From Paraspadella gotoi (taxonomy: Eukaryota; Animalia; Chaetognatha), in assembly GCA_051294375.1 (NCBI GenBank), contig CM119271.1:8237788-8301787 (forward strand): a stretch of 64,000 nt of DNA, in the 5' to 3' direction. Position 1 is the first letter of the stretch. The number at the start of each line of letters is the position of its first letter. The notes below the pieces were generated by a model. It saw nothing but the letters and a program-made list of their open reading frames with translations. It had not been told where the DNA came from and did not search any database. A program made the position numbers and the translations under genes. Shown one piece after another: positions 43,151-57,016 of this stretch.

Positions 43151-44608
43151 CTCGCCTCGCCTCGATCTTGCAACCTTATTAGATGTTGTCGTTATAAAAA
43201 TGCAAATCACCTACTTACCTGGCCGAAACAGGGCCATAAATTTCATCTCGACTNNNNNNNNNNNNNNNNNNNNNNNNNNNNNNNNNNNNNNNNNNNNNNN
43301 NNNNNNNNNNNNNNNNNNNNNNNNNNNNNNNNNNNNNNNNNNNNNNNNNNNNNNNNNNNNNNNNNNNNNNNNNNNNGGCTCAGTCTCTGTCCATGTAGCC
43401 CCGCCCACTTTTTTTTCTTTCGCCGACCTCGAGTCAAGAACAACCCAACGCTTAAAGCGTTACTCCGATGGACCGCGCCGCCAGCGCTCGTCGAAATCGT
43501 AGCGGCCGCTCGAAAAACTAACGATCAAAACAAAACAAAAACACTCTTTCGGCAAAAGAAAAAAAAAAACCCGAAACGTTTATTTTTTCTCTTGTTATCG
43601 GATTCTCTCATTGCGTGTCTTATACTGCCTATACGATGACGAAGAAGCGAAGAAAATGCTGNNNNNNNNNNNNNNNNNNNNNNNNNNNNNNNNNNNNNNN
43701 NNNNNNNNNNNNNNNNNNNNNNNNNNNNNNNNNNNNNNNNNNNNNNNNNNNNNNNNNNNNNNNNNNNNNNNNNNNNNNNNNNNNNNNNNNNNNNNNNNNN
43801 NNNNNNNNNNNNNNNNNNNNNNNNNNNNNNNNNNNNNNNNNNNNNNNNNNNNNNNNNNNNNNNNNNNNNNNNNNNNNNNNNNNNNNNNNNNNNNNNNNNN
43901 NNNNNNNNNNNNNNNNNNNNNNNNNNNNNNNNNNNNNNNNNNNNNNNNNNNNNNNNNNNNNNNNNNNNNNNNNNNNNNNNNNNNNNNNNNNNNNNNNNNN
44001 NNNNNNNNNNNNNNNNNNNNNNNNNNNNNNNNNNNNNNNNNNNNNNNNNNNNNNNNNNNNNNNNNNNNNNNNNNNNNNNNNNNNNNNNNNNNNNNNNNNN
44101 NNNNNNNNNNNNNNNNNNNNNNNNNNNNNNNNNNNNNNNNNNNNNNNNNNNNNNNNNNNNNNNNNNNNNNNNNNNNNNNNNNNNNNNNNNNNNNNNNNNN
44201 NNNNNNNNNNNNNNNNNNNNNNNNNNNNNNNNNNNNNNNNNNNNNNNNNNNNNNNNNNNNNNNNNNNNNNNNNNNNNNNNNNNNNNNNNNNNNNNNNNNN
44301 NNNNNNNNNNNNNNNNNNNNNNNNNNNNNNNNNNNNNNNNNNNNNNNNNNNNNNNNNNNNNNNNNNNNNNNNNNNNNNNNNNNNNNNNNNNNNNNNNNNN
44401 NNNNNNNNNNNNNNNNNNNNNNNNNNNNNNNNNNNNNNNNNNNNNNNNNNNNNNNNNNNNNNNNNNNNNNNNNNNNNNNNNNNNNNNNNNNNNNNNNNNN
44501 NNNNNNNNNNNNNNNNNNNNNNNNNNNNNNNNNNNNNNNNNNNNNNNNNNNNNNNNNNNNNNNNNNNNNNNNNNNNNNNNNNNNNNNNNNNNNNNNNNNN
44601 NNNNNNNN

Positions 44609-45350
44609 GATTATGGTTAGGGTTAGGGTTGAGGTAGTTTAAGGTTAGATTTGGGTTGAGTTGGTTTGGTTTAGGGTTAAGGTTGAGTTGGTAATAATTA
44701 GGGTGAGGGTTGAGTAGTTTAGGGTTAGGCTTAAAGTTGAGTAATTTAAAGTTATGGTTAGGGTTGATGTCAATTTTAAGGTTAAGATAAATAAGAAGCC
44801 GGCATTAGGGTTAAGGAAGGTACTGGCAATGGATATTAGGGATTAAAGTTGAGGTACGGATATATAAGGGAGGCCCGGTCCCGGGTTAAGGTTAGGGTTA
44901 GGAGAGAGGCATGGAGTTGAATGGGAGGCCTGGGTTAGGGTAGGGGGAGAGGCTTACTGTTGATGCATCAAAGGCGGATAGGGTTAGGGTTGAGGCACAG
45001 AGATATATCGGAAGCCCAGGCCTGGGTTAGGGTTAGAGTTGAGAAAAAAACATGGAGTTGAACGGGAGGCTCGGGTTAGGGGAAAAGTCCATGGTTGATG
45101 CAATGAAGGCAGTTAGGGTTGGGTTGAGGCACAGAGATGTACTGGCAAGGGTCTGGGTTAGGATTAGGGGAGAGGAATGGAGTTAAACAAAAGGCCCGGG
45201 TAAGGGTTAGGGTTAAGAAAGCCCACAGTTGGCGAGTCAAAGGTGGTTAGGGTTGAGGCATAGAAATGTATGGGAGGCCTAGGCCTGGGTTAGGGTTGGG
45301 GAAAAGCATGGAGATGTACGGGAGACTTGGGTTAAGGTTTAGCTTTGAGG
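44609..45350 (+). repeat. Degenerate telomere-like (TTAGGG/TTGAGG) repeat array next to a ~950-nt gap
   Basis: Many GGTTAGGGTTAGGG units interleaved with a recurring GAGGCA..GAGAT.TA.GGGAGGCC.GG.CTG spacer. Confidence 0.75.
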
Positions 45351-45705
45351 GATGAGCCCTCAGGTGATGTATTTATCCCCATGTCTCAACTTCAGCAACA
45401 AGCTTTTCCTTTAGCTCGTAGCTTTCATTATATTCATTACTTTTATTACTGGCGAGGTCACCAGTGAGGGTATTGGCGACATTACCAGGTATTTGCTGAT
45501 ATTAAATTATTTATATATCCAAATTTTATATTTATTGGTTATGATTTGACTTGGCAATGACCAGGAAAAAGTTGTTTTAAAAATTGTCTTTCATTTTAAA
45601 ATATTTTTTTTTGCAATTTTTTTGTCTAACTTTATGAACATTTTTTTAAAAACTTTTACATTGTATTAATCCTTTCTTTTTTTTCTTGTTTTTTTGAATT
45701 ATTTA

Positions 45706-45947
45706 GAGAGAAAATGAAAATTTATTATTTGATAATAATAATTTTGTTTTTATTTAAATCAGACATTTTCGACTATATAACTTTTGAGTCTTCATCAGCA
45801 TTTAAATTCACAAACTTAATATTTAAAAACTGAAACGTTTGTGAATTTAAATGCTGATGAAAACTATGAAGTCCTAGAGTTGAAACATGTCTGATTTAAA
45901 TAAAAATAAAACCATTGTTATCAAATAACAAATTTTTGTTTTCTCTC
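45706..45947. mobile_element. ~110-bp inverted repeat (45706-45815 / 45837-45947), each arm carrying a hammerhead motif; Penelope-like inverted pLTR ends
   Basis: Minus-strand arm CTGATGA-AGACT...AGTC-GAAAATGTC (45798-45762). Plus-strand arm CTGATGA-AAACT...AGTT-GAAACATGTC (45854-45891). Confidence 0.65.
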
Positions 45948-47151
45948 NNNNNNNNNNNNNNNNNNNNNNNNNNNNNNNNNNNNNNNNNNNNNNNNNNNNN
46001 NNNNNNNNNNNNNNNNNNNNNNNNNNNNNNNNNNNNNNNNNNNNNNNNNNNNNNAAAATCAGCACGAGACAGTAACGCCACGTTATTTTTCATTATGTCA
46101 TATATAAAGGTATCAATAATAATATCTTCTAAAAGCTCTTGAAAATTTTAAAAAAATGATATATTTAAAAATATTCTAACATGAAAATAAGCTTAACCAG
46201 CTTTAGTTTAATTAATATAATCCAAATTGAAATAATAAAATTCTAAAATAATTTTTTTTAAATATCTGACCTATTTTTACTATAATGATCTTAATAATCA
46301 TTGTTTATATAAGTATCATAAAAAAGCTTTAAAAAAATTAAATTAAAATAGCTAACAATATGTTTGATAATTATTCAANNNNNNNNNNNNNNNNNNNNNN
46401 NNNNNNNNNNNNNNNNNNNNNNNNNNNNNNNNNNNNNNNNNNNNNNNNNNNNNNNNNNNNNNNNNNNNNNNNNNNNNNNNNNNNNNNNNNNNNNNNNNNN
46501 NNNNNNNNNNNNNNNNNNNNNNNNNNNNNNNNNNNNNNNNNNNNNNNNNNNNNNNNNNNNNNNNNATAAAGCTAGACAGGCTAATTTTAATATTACAGTA
46601 TTTTTCAAACCCTGAACTTGACGAATGCTTTTTGTCCATCACTTAGTCCGACCTTAATATAAAAAGATTGACAGGATACCCGAGTATGGTTATTCCTTTC
46701 AGCCATATAATATATCCTCCATTTGCCCAGCCGGGGGGAGCCAGCTCATTTTGAGCTCTTTCTTACACTTACTTTTACTATCACTTAACTTAACTATCCC
46801 TCACCACTTATTCTTCCATTTCAAATTTTACTTTAATTCACTAACTAATTTAATTTATTTTCTTGTTGTTAAATATTAGTTTATCTTTAAGTTTGTCAAT
46901 TTAATTTATTCTACTATATCTCTGTAATACATTACCAAATGTATTGATATTAATTTTTCTCTCTCTCACTCTCTCTCTCTGTCCCTCTCTCTTTTCACTT
47001 TCACAAAATTTGCCTTTTCTTCCCTGTCCTCACCTTCAGCTGTCCTCACATCTGGCCACTGTGTCTTACCCTATTCTTTGTTAGAAACTCTTTTTCTCTC
47101 TCTCTCCAAAACTTAACATTAATAAAGAAAAAATTATTGATTTTAAAACTG

Positions 47152-47173
47152 CTGATGAAGGCCGAAACATGTC
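47152..47173 (+). ncRNA. Hammerhead ribozyme-like motif with collapsed stem II, within repeat 46790-47230
   Basis: CTGATGA-AGGCC-GAAACATGTC. Confidence 0.5.
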
Positions 47174-47734
47174 CTGACTTAAAATTTTGTCAATAAAAAT
47201 TGTTGTTAAAATTCAAAAACTGTTTTCTCCTTAATACTATGAAAGAATTAAACTAATATGATAAGTTTTATAGTTTATTTTTGGATTCATTAATTAAAAA
47301 GTTAAAAATAATTTAATTTTTTATCTTTTAAATGAGATATGTAACAAAAATAGCAAATATATAATAGAAAAAAAATTAGTAAGCAAAATAATTTTTATTA
47401 TTATTATTATAAATATATTATTAAAAAGCTTTGCTTTTAATCAGTCTGCAAATGGTTGCTGTATTAAGTAAGCCAAAACATATTCAGGGATAAATTTTAC
47501 TTCATAAAAATTTGAAAGTATTTATAATAAATTTAATAGATTAAAAATAAAGAATATTATATCTACTAAATCTTGTATATCTATATAAAATATGATTATA
47601 TGTGACGCAACAAGTTCGTCTACAATTATTATTAATTATAAAATCTAGTATTATATGTTCTAAATGTTTTTTTTAAATTTAAGAAATTTTATTTTATCTT
47701 TATTTATGGAAGCTGGTAGGCCGGGCATTTTTAT

Positions 47735-47902
47735 TTCCGGCTCCGGCTTTCCAGCTCCGCTCCAGTCAAAATTTTATTTCGGCTCCGGCTCCGCTCCGGC
47801 CTGCCAGATAAAAATTCTGGCCTCCGGCTCCGGCTCCGCTCCGCAAAAAAAAGCCGCTCCGCGGCTCCAGCTCGGCTCCGGCTCCCGGGCTCCACACCCT
47901 TG
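47735..47902 (+). mobile_element. Right end of a second copy of the (GGCTCC)n hAT-like element
   Basis: GGCTCC arrays ending GCTCCACACCCTTG, the inverted counterpart of CAGGGATGTGGAGC at 42816. Confidence 0.65.
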
Positions 47903-49794
47903 GTGCAAAGGAGACCAGTCTCTAGTAGACCGCGCTAATGCTGAGTGCATCTTGGCGCATCACTGAGGGTCGGAAGCCCCTCCAAACCCAACACTGACAT
48001 TTGCCCCGTTCCAATCACGAATCATAGGTAATCCGGCTTTGCCATACGTCATACTTATAACCTCTGAGCCCCAGTCTAAACTTCCTCGAACCCTTCTTCG
48101 TTAATTTCGCCAGTTTCCTTCCTCTAAACAAGTTGTTTTACTTGTAATTAATTGTGATATAAATAAAATCCAATCTTTTATGGATGTTCGTATCATTTTT
48201 AATGGTCTGAAGACACGTTGTAGCTTTCCAGAAAACTTAAAACAGAAAATTCAAATTAACATCACAACATAATAATATTTTTTGAATAACAAATAGTGAC
48301 CGACCAATGTTTTTTCTTTAATTGATTTTTGACAATATTTTGTCCCAATTTGGCCGAACAAAAAACATTTCTCCTTAACATTTAACAAGGTAGATTCAAT
48401 TTAAGAGATTTGAAGGTTCTATCCCACTTAAACAGTTAACAAACAGATGCAAAATTACGTGTCATAACCTTGTTCATCGTGACTTCCATGATTTTTTCTT
48501 CTTATTTGGCGTCCAATTTTATCGGAAAAGACTCTGTTGTGAAAGACAACGACAGAACGTAAATAGTATTCATACAGTTACAAAAATCTGGCGAATTCAA
48601 TACCAACACAGTATTATTACTCACTAGATAACATTGTGGAAATATAAAACCAATATAAGAATTATTCCAATTTGAAGAACATTGTTGCTTAGTTATTAAA
48701 AACCGTAAATATAAGCAGTCCGAATCGATCAGGCCTTCAACACCCTGTCTACAGGCANNNNNNNNNNNNNNNNNNNNNNNNNNNNNNNNNNNNNNNNNNN
48801 NNNNNNNNNNNNNNNNNNNNNNNNNNNNNNNNNNNNNNNNNNNNNNNNNNNNNNNNNAGATGTTTATCTTACTCAAACCAATCTCTATTCCGTACTATTC
48901 AGAAATAATAAAAAAAGAAGAAAAAGAACCCCTTTTAATATCTATAAGTAGAAATCGGAACGGAATAGTCGTAAAACTTACATCGTACAAAAATCTTATC
49001 AAATATAAAATAATTGTAAACGCGACGGTATTAGAAATTTTACATCAAACATAATGAGCAATCAATTAAAAACCGATGATCGAATTTGTTTCAAACGGAC
49101 TTTTGATATTTATAATAGAGAGGTTAGTAATAATACAGACTTCAACTTATAAGTATAAAAAAAAATCGGATTATTTTAATTTATTTCGGTGTAGAATTAA
49201 GCGGTGAATGAAACGAAAGCCGAATTTAAAATATGATTCTATTATAATGTCTATTTATTTACCAAAAAAAATCGATTTGTTAAAACAAAAATAACTGGCA
49301 GTCGGGTGTGGGCCATCAGTACATTCGTATTTTGTATGCATTTTAAATTTACACGTGGCCCGTATGCATTATATGGCACTTTGCAAATTATTTCATGATA
49401 CTACAAGTTTTCTGCTGAGAGTTACTTATAAATGATGCATTGTTGCCAGTTTATGAACTTTTCAAAATATAAATAATGGGACCAATGAACAGACAGAGAG
49501 ACCAATCACTACCAACCAAATATTGCTTAATAGTGAGCTCTCCGAGTACTCGCTGCGCGACAAAATAAAAAGTTAGTTAATGCTTTCGATTTATCAGATC
49601 TTCTCTCTTCGTGCATATCTTAGCATCTCTCTCTCTCTCTCATCTCGCTCTCTCTCTCTCTCTCTCCTTTGTCTAAAACAAAAAACACTTTTATCATAAC
49701 AATTGTTTTTCAAATTGTTATCTTACTTCATATTTTTGAACTTTACAATAGTCCATAGTCATAGAACAAAATATTTCTCTCTATCTCTCTCTCT

Positions 49795-49878
<84 letters not shown>

Positions 49879-50172
49879 TTTCAAGATACTTTAAATGAAG
49901 AGGCTTATAACAACTTTTAGGTAAAATGATATTTTTTCTTATATTTTCCTATGTTCGCTATTAGTATCTATTGGTCCAGTTGACAACAAAAACGCGAAAT
50001 TTGCAAACTTTTCTCTACTCTTTAATCGCTAAATAAATTAGAAATGGCGGGGGAATAGTTTGGCGCGCGTGAGGAGGCAGAAGTACTAGTGCACATAGGC
50101 ATGAACGAGGACGGTTCTCTCACTCTCTCTCCTTCTTCTCTGTCATTCTCTCTCTCTCTTCTCATCATCTCT

Positions 50173-50208
<36 letters not shown>

Positions 50209-50457
50209 ATCCCGAATATCTTTTTTGCATGTTTCTCTCTTTAGTCCTACCATCACTGCTTCTCTCTCCTCTCTCTCCCTCTCTCTCTTACCTCCTCTCC
50301 TTCTCTTCTCCTCTCTCTCTCTCTCTCTCTCCTTCTTCCCCACGCATTCATCCTCCTCAATTAGTAGATATACATATTTTAACGAAGAAAAAAAGATCCA
50401 CCTTCTCTCTTTCTCTTACCTCGCCCTCCACCCTTTTCCCCTTCCCCCTCGCCCACT

Positions 50458-53100
50458 TCAACCCGCCCCTCTTTCCGCCTCGCGAGGGTCGAACTCGCCA
50501 TCTCCACCCACTGCATGTAGCGTAGACGCCCGCCTCCGTCGTACCAGTGAGGATAGCGGGTGGTGAGGCAAGTGTAGCAGCAGTCGCCGCTGGTGCAGTA
50601 GCCGCCGCCGCTCGCGCAGCGCAGTTGTCCGCCATCTATCGTCGATTGTCTGGAAAACAGAGGGGGGGGAAAAGGAGAGAAAAGACGATTTGTTAGTGTT
50701 AAACTATTCTCAATATATATATATATAATATATATTGTGAAACTACATAGATCTAATATGAAACTTTATTACAACGCTGGCCTTTCGAAACGCCACCCTA
50801 ATCTTTATTAAAAAAGCAACCAGGGTCCATTAACCTACCTTTTTAAATTTAAAATATCTCCCCTTCTATTTAATAAATTCATGAAAACCGCGCTGAGTTT
50901 CCGGACGTAAAAAAAAATTCATAGAAAATCAGGGGGAGGAAAAAATGATGGGAAAGTTTTCCAACTTTACCTGAAACCTTAGTTCCAGTCAGCTTCATTA
51001 ATTTTTAGAACGCAAATAATTATTATAATTTTTATTTTTATCAACAAAGAAAATCTATTTGTAAGGTTTGCATAATAAGGGCTATAATTGTCTTTTCTAA
51101 TACTACATTCTACGTTTACCATTTATTATTCACCTTTAATCGTTCCATTACAATTTGGCAAGACGCATAAGTTAATGTTACGTCCAAATACAAACGAATG
51201 TGCCAAGTGCCAACCAAAGAAGCTAATACATTTCAATTAGGCAATTGCGGACTTTTGCCGTTCATCCGGGTTCGCCATTGTTTGGATTTTGTTGGCTAAG
51301 AAAGTTTTTTAAATCCACGAAAGAGAAATGATTGACATTTCATAGCTTTTTCCCATCTTTTTCCCCAAGCGGCCTTTAAACCTTCCGCGCCGTATTTGAT
51401 CCGCTTCGCTTACCAATTTTCGATAAAAAAAATAGATTGACAAATTATTCTGGATTTCTATACATTTCGCCTCACTACGTTGAGAAAAAGTTTTCTTTCA
51501 GTGGTCATCCAGTGGTGTGAAAGAGAAAGCCAATAACAGAAGAGAAAGAGAAGAAGAGAAAGCATGGAAAGAAGAAAGAGAAAGAGAAAGCCAATGACAG
51601 AAGGAGCGAGAAAGAAAGATAATCATTGGGAATTTATTTTTTTCCATTCGGTACCTGGATTTGCCGGTTAAATCACAGTGACCCGCCAAAGAGGCCGAAG
51701 AGAAAAGCCACTTTATCAAATCTCGTATTTCCTATTTCTGTTCGTGCAAACAATCTCGACAGGCACTTGGTCGGTCGATCAGTCCTTTCGTTGATTTACG
51801 GGGTCGTTTTGCGTTAATCCGAAGGGCTCCGTCGGGAAAATATTTGTGCGTTAAAACTTTTTTTTTTATTGAAAATTAGACTAAACTTTAGTAAGTAGGA
51901 ACCATGCAGGGCCCAATATCATCCAAAAAAGTTTTGAAACGCCAGACATCCGTCGATCAATAATCTTGCTTGTTTTATAGACTTTATTTTTCTTCATTGG
52001 CTTGAAATAAATAGTGAGACTATGGGGTATGAGGATTGAGGAATGTCCCCATGCTTGCGCCCAGGGATTTGGACATGAGTGACCAGTTACTGACATGTTA
52101 CAGACCAGTCACTGACCCCCATGTAACGTGTTTATGCCGAAACCATCAAACTTTAACCAGCGTGACCGTGAGGGGATTGATCCCGGAACTCACGGTTGGT
52201 GAAAACTTTTAGTGGCAACCCTATACGACCGCCGCACATTTTTCTATCGGTGAAGCGTTCCTTTCTGATTTTTTTCCTCAGTCAAGTCAATTTTGTTCAT
52301 ATTTCTTTTTTTCTTTTTATTTCTCTTTTCTTTCTCTTTTTAAAAAGAAGGACGATGATTTGAAGAAAAAAAAAAACCTTTTATTCATTCGGCTTTTCGT
52401 ACTTATAATAATCCTCGAGGACACGGCGCCAGGCGGGCGATTTGTCGCAATGCTCGCCTCGCTCGATTTGCAACTTATTAGATGTTGTCGTTATAAAAAT
52501 TCCAAATCACCTACTTACCGGCCGAAACAGGGCATAAATTTCATCTCGACTCTCGTTCCATTTGAAATGCCTGTTGACCATGAAAAGGCTCAGTCTCTGT
52601 CCATGTAGCCCCGCCCACTTTTTTTCTTTCGCCGACCTCGAGTCAAGAACAACCCAACGCTTAAAGCGTTACTCCGATGGACCGCGCCGCCAGCGCTCGT
52701 CGAAATCGTAGCGGCGCTCGAAAAACTAACGATCAAAACAAAACAAAACACTCTTTCGGCAAAAGAAAAAAAAAACCCGAAACGTTTATTTTTTCTCTTG
52801 TTATCGGATTCTCTCATTGCGTGTCTTATACTGCCTATACGATGACGAAGAAGCGAAGAAAATGCTGAAGGCAAGTCTTACGTAACGACGACGTTCTTGG
52901 TTACGTCAAAGACGATATCGTTAAAGATGTTATTAAACAAACAAAAATGCAAACAAACGGCGGTAATAATTTCGTAAATAATAAAACAAAACAAAACAAA
53001 ACTTTATCTATACTTTCATCCGTATTCGTCATATCTTGAGCTAAAAAAGGAAACAGAATATCCAGGCTAATCTGCGTTTTATTGGAGAGAAAGGAAGAAA

Positions 53101-53184
<84 letters not shown>

Positions 53185-55676
53185 ATTTAGTTATGGACGT
53201 CGTCATCGTCGCCGTCCTCATCATCGTTCTCATCGTCGCAAACCAGACTCCATAATCGCCTTCCTTTCTCGTTGCCATGGAGATGATGAGGGCGATTTTC
53301 GATATCGTCCATCGTTTCTTCTATCGCGATGGAAAAAAATGTATATCGAGAGAAAAACAACGAGGAAGAGGTTGCCATGGCGACGGCAGGCACGGGGGGG
53401 GGACACGAATGGCTGAACGAAATTTTTTTTCTCACAAAATTTATACATATATATATATCCACTTGAACTACTATAAATTCTTGGGGATCCGTTAGGATTT
53501 CCATATTTCGTGAAAACAAGAAGACGCAACGACAGATATACCACAACACAATGTATCCGCCTCCCCCCCCCCCACGGAATAGAAAAGTCATTACCACCGG
53601 GACACGTCGCGGAAGAAAATCCCAGTCCCAATTTGCCATTTAAAAAAAAAAAGTCGGGATCACGTAGCGCTTGCAACGCCGTAAAAAAAAAAAGGGCCTA
53701 AGCAACGCGTAGTAAACAACCCTCATCTCCCTTGGAGATCAGCCGAAAAAAATTCCGAGGGAAAACGACCTTCGCCTTGGGAATTGAGAATGACGACGAC
53801 GACGACGACGACGACGACAATGACGACTGGCAGGCGTCAAAACCTCAATGAGGAACAACGAACTTTTTTTCCTCCCTTTTAAACTTTTTTTCTATTTCCG
53901 CGATGAAAAGAGTGAACAATGGAAACAACCGCTCGACAAGAGACTCTCTCGAAGCCAGACCCAATTTCCAGCAGCGATAACAAAAAAAACAAAAAAAGAC
54001 TAGGAAAACCGACAACCGAAAAAAAAAAGGAGAAAATAATAACAAAACGCTGTGACAAAATCAGGTTTGAATTTTTGATGAATTCGCGATCGAAAAATCG
54101 GAAAATCGGAATTGATATATATGATTCTTGCGGCTTCTGAGTTTTGCTCCTGAGTTTTTCTTATGAAAATCATCTCTTACATTTTACAATCCTCAAATGC
54201 ATATATTGTGTAATATACATCTGTGCAACTACTTACACCTCCCATCTTAAATTTCATATCTGTAGACGACGATGAGCATATTAAGTGGTTCACCGTCCAA
54301 GTTTCACAATTACGAATCTGATATTAGCAGCGACTGGAGGGTATGACAAAAAAAATGGCGCGAACTGAAATCCTAGAAATCAGTGCTTGGGCTACTTTCG
54401 GCACCGATTGGAATAACTGACATGCAGAGGGCGAGTGGCGAGCCAAATACTGCCGCCAAACATCGCACGTAACACTTCGATATCACTTCTTGCATTCCAT
54501 ATCTCACATTACACATATTACGTTTCACATCCCGCGTAGAGGAATATAAAATTGATTACCGCTTTTGTCAGAGAAAGAAGGAACACCTCGACTTAGTAAT
54601 CAACGATGTGAGGCGACCTTGAGACATTTCCTCTCACTCAACTCCGTTTTATATCTCTCACATTCTCACGTCTTCTTTCTCCGTCGTCGTCGCATCTTAA
54701 CACGTTTTTATGACCGCGCGATGTCGCTTTTCATCCTCGTTGAAGCGAAAAACTGGCGAAGGAGACGACTCGTAACGAAAAGGGGATAATCTTTTTTGTT
54801 TCTCGACGTCAACGGAGGCCGAATCGACGCCACATCTGAATTCAAACCGGAAGTGACGCCAGGCGTCGCGCATCTGGGCGCCACGTGACGGCGGAGCGAA
54901 AGAGAAAGCCAGGGGAAGGTGGAGAAAGGCTTTAGAGTAGCGAGAGATGTATACGAGCGTGGCTCGTGGATAAACCATAAACAAAACGTAACCAATGGAA
55001 CTTGAAATAATTTACTATCATATGCAAATGAAATTAAATCATTCTCATTTATTAATATTCTAAGAATCTATCTCTTACAGATGCAGGAGGTGCAGGCGGC
55101 GTAGGTGTCGATGAGAGGGGTAAGGCGGCTCCCAAACAGCGGGGTTTGGGAACAATGCATTGATGACCTATCCGTGCCCCTGACAGCCTGAAAGTCTGTA
55201 AACTCGGAGTATATTTGTTACATTTGTCCGTCAACTCTTAAAGTCCATCCATTCGATATATTTTAATTTCTTTCATGAGATCAGTTTTCCGTTTCGTAAA
55301 CGGAAAAACGATAAGTTTTATCGCAAGTTATTGTTAAAAAAGAAAATATAATAATTGNNNNNNNNNNTAACTTCCTCCTTCGAACGATGCAATTATTATC
55401 AATTATTATCAATTATTATCAATTATTAACGGAAAATCGAACCGGACGTTCACCAATCAACGGATAACCGATCACCGATCACCGATCACCGGATTATCTA
55501 TGTTACGAAATTTTCTTCCCGTTTTAATTTTTAAAAAGAAAGAGAGAAAGAAAAGGTATTTGTTTCCGAAGGGCAGATTCCAGAATTCGATTCTATTTTT
55601 ATCGGGCGATAAAACTTTTACGACCGACTCAAGCGATGACTTCTCTCGCCTCACTTTTTTGTGCCACCCCACGAAG

Positions 55677-55742
<66 letters not shown>

Positions 55743-55930
55743 ACTACTGCACGTAGTCAATCCACTTTGCTCCATTCTTCTCTACCCTAGTCCACCCTAC
55801 ACCACTATTCCTATTTTACTACACTCTATTATTATCCCTCTATTTCTCTCTATTCCCCTCTATTTCACTGTATTTCACCCTAATTCAATCCACTCTACCC
55901 TACTATCTCCGTTACTGCCCCATCTACTGT

Positions 55931-55985
<55 letters not shown>

Positions 55986-56984
55986 ATATTATGAAATTGG
56001 TACAACCAATATAAAAATTATCCATTCATTTAATAAATAAGCTATCTTGCCCCTGACTTTGGACAGGCTTTGGTGGTTTAAGGCCTCCATCACTCTTACA
56101 AGATAATGACATAGCAGGTCCCTGCAAGCTTTCAATCAAGACTCTCTCACAGTCCCGATTATTCACTCCCAGAGTACCTGGCTTCCCTATCAATGAAGTG
56201 GAAAATATTTCAAAGAATGTTTCAATTGTATGAAAAGACCACTCCCTTATATAATAAAAAAGCGATTCATACGACATAATTGTCGTCGGTATCGTTATCG
56301 GAATCAGTCAGAAATTGCAGTGAAAATTGAACAGAGGAATGAAAATCAAGAAAGTAAAGAAAATGAAGAAAATAAATGTGTAGGACAAAAACAAAAACAG
56401 TAACGAAAAAAAAGATTAAAAAATTGATCCGCTTCCCGCGTGGAACCAAAGTGGAAAGGACTTCTCGTTTTCACTGAAAGAGAAGAAAGAATAAATTATT
56501 AAATAATAATAAAATAGCAAAGAACGCCAGGACTTCCCGCCCACCCGCGCCAGCCGGCAGATGACGGAGTTCATAAATTTTTTCTCTTCGATGTCGTGAC
56601 GGGTTTTAACCCACATCAAACTGGGAACGTAAGATGCCGCATCTGAGGCCATAACCTTTCTCATGCGTCGCTTCATGTGAAAAAAGAAAATTGGGACGAC
56701 TTTTCGCGGATCAGTCATGGCATAAGTACGTTTTTGATTCCAAAGTAGGCGTGGCAACGGGTGGACGTGGTGACAGCTGGTGTTTGTTCATATCTTCGCC
56801 TTCCGTTCGAACGAGCGCCTGTCGCTTTTAACGCCTGATCCTTTTCGCGCCTGTCGGGTCTCCTAAAGAAAAAGGAAATAATCCGAAGCGGTTATCGATA
56901 TGACGTCGCCACAAATCAAGCAAATGCGTCTCGTCGTTTCCGCGATGACAGACGCGTCAACGTCCGTGAGGAATTGATTGCCGA

Positions 56985-57016
<32 letters not shown>

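Larger units (their letters stand above)
37890..43661 (+). repeat. Segment duplicated at approx. 48860-52866; includes an internal noisy copy (approx. 39620-40560 versus 40768-41400)
   Basis: Collinear near-identity with indel-dominated differences, bounded by N-gaps. Confidence 0.85.

Noticed and set aside
43611-44642. Long ORFs of 340+ aa, also those at 25948-26746, 45874-46642 and 48502-48876
   Set aside because: They are open only because they run through N-gaps.
37890-52866. A true recent segmental duplication creating FReD paralogues
   Set aside because: Differences are mostly homopolymer indels, copies abut N-gaps and only the last exon is repeated. Uncollapsed haplotype or low-quality gap filling is more likely, pending read depth.
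56416-56757. 113-aa minus-strand ORF as a gene or transposase fragment
   Set aside because: No motif I can recognise and no convincing splice sites; it lies inside the long FReD intron.
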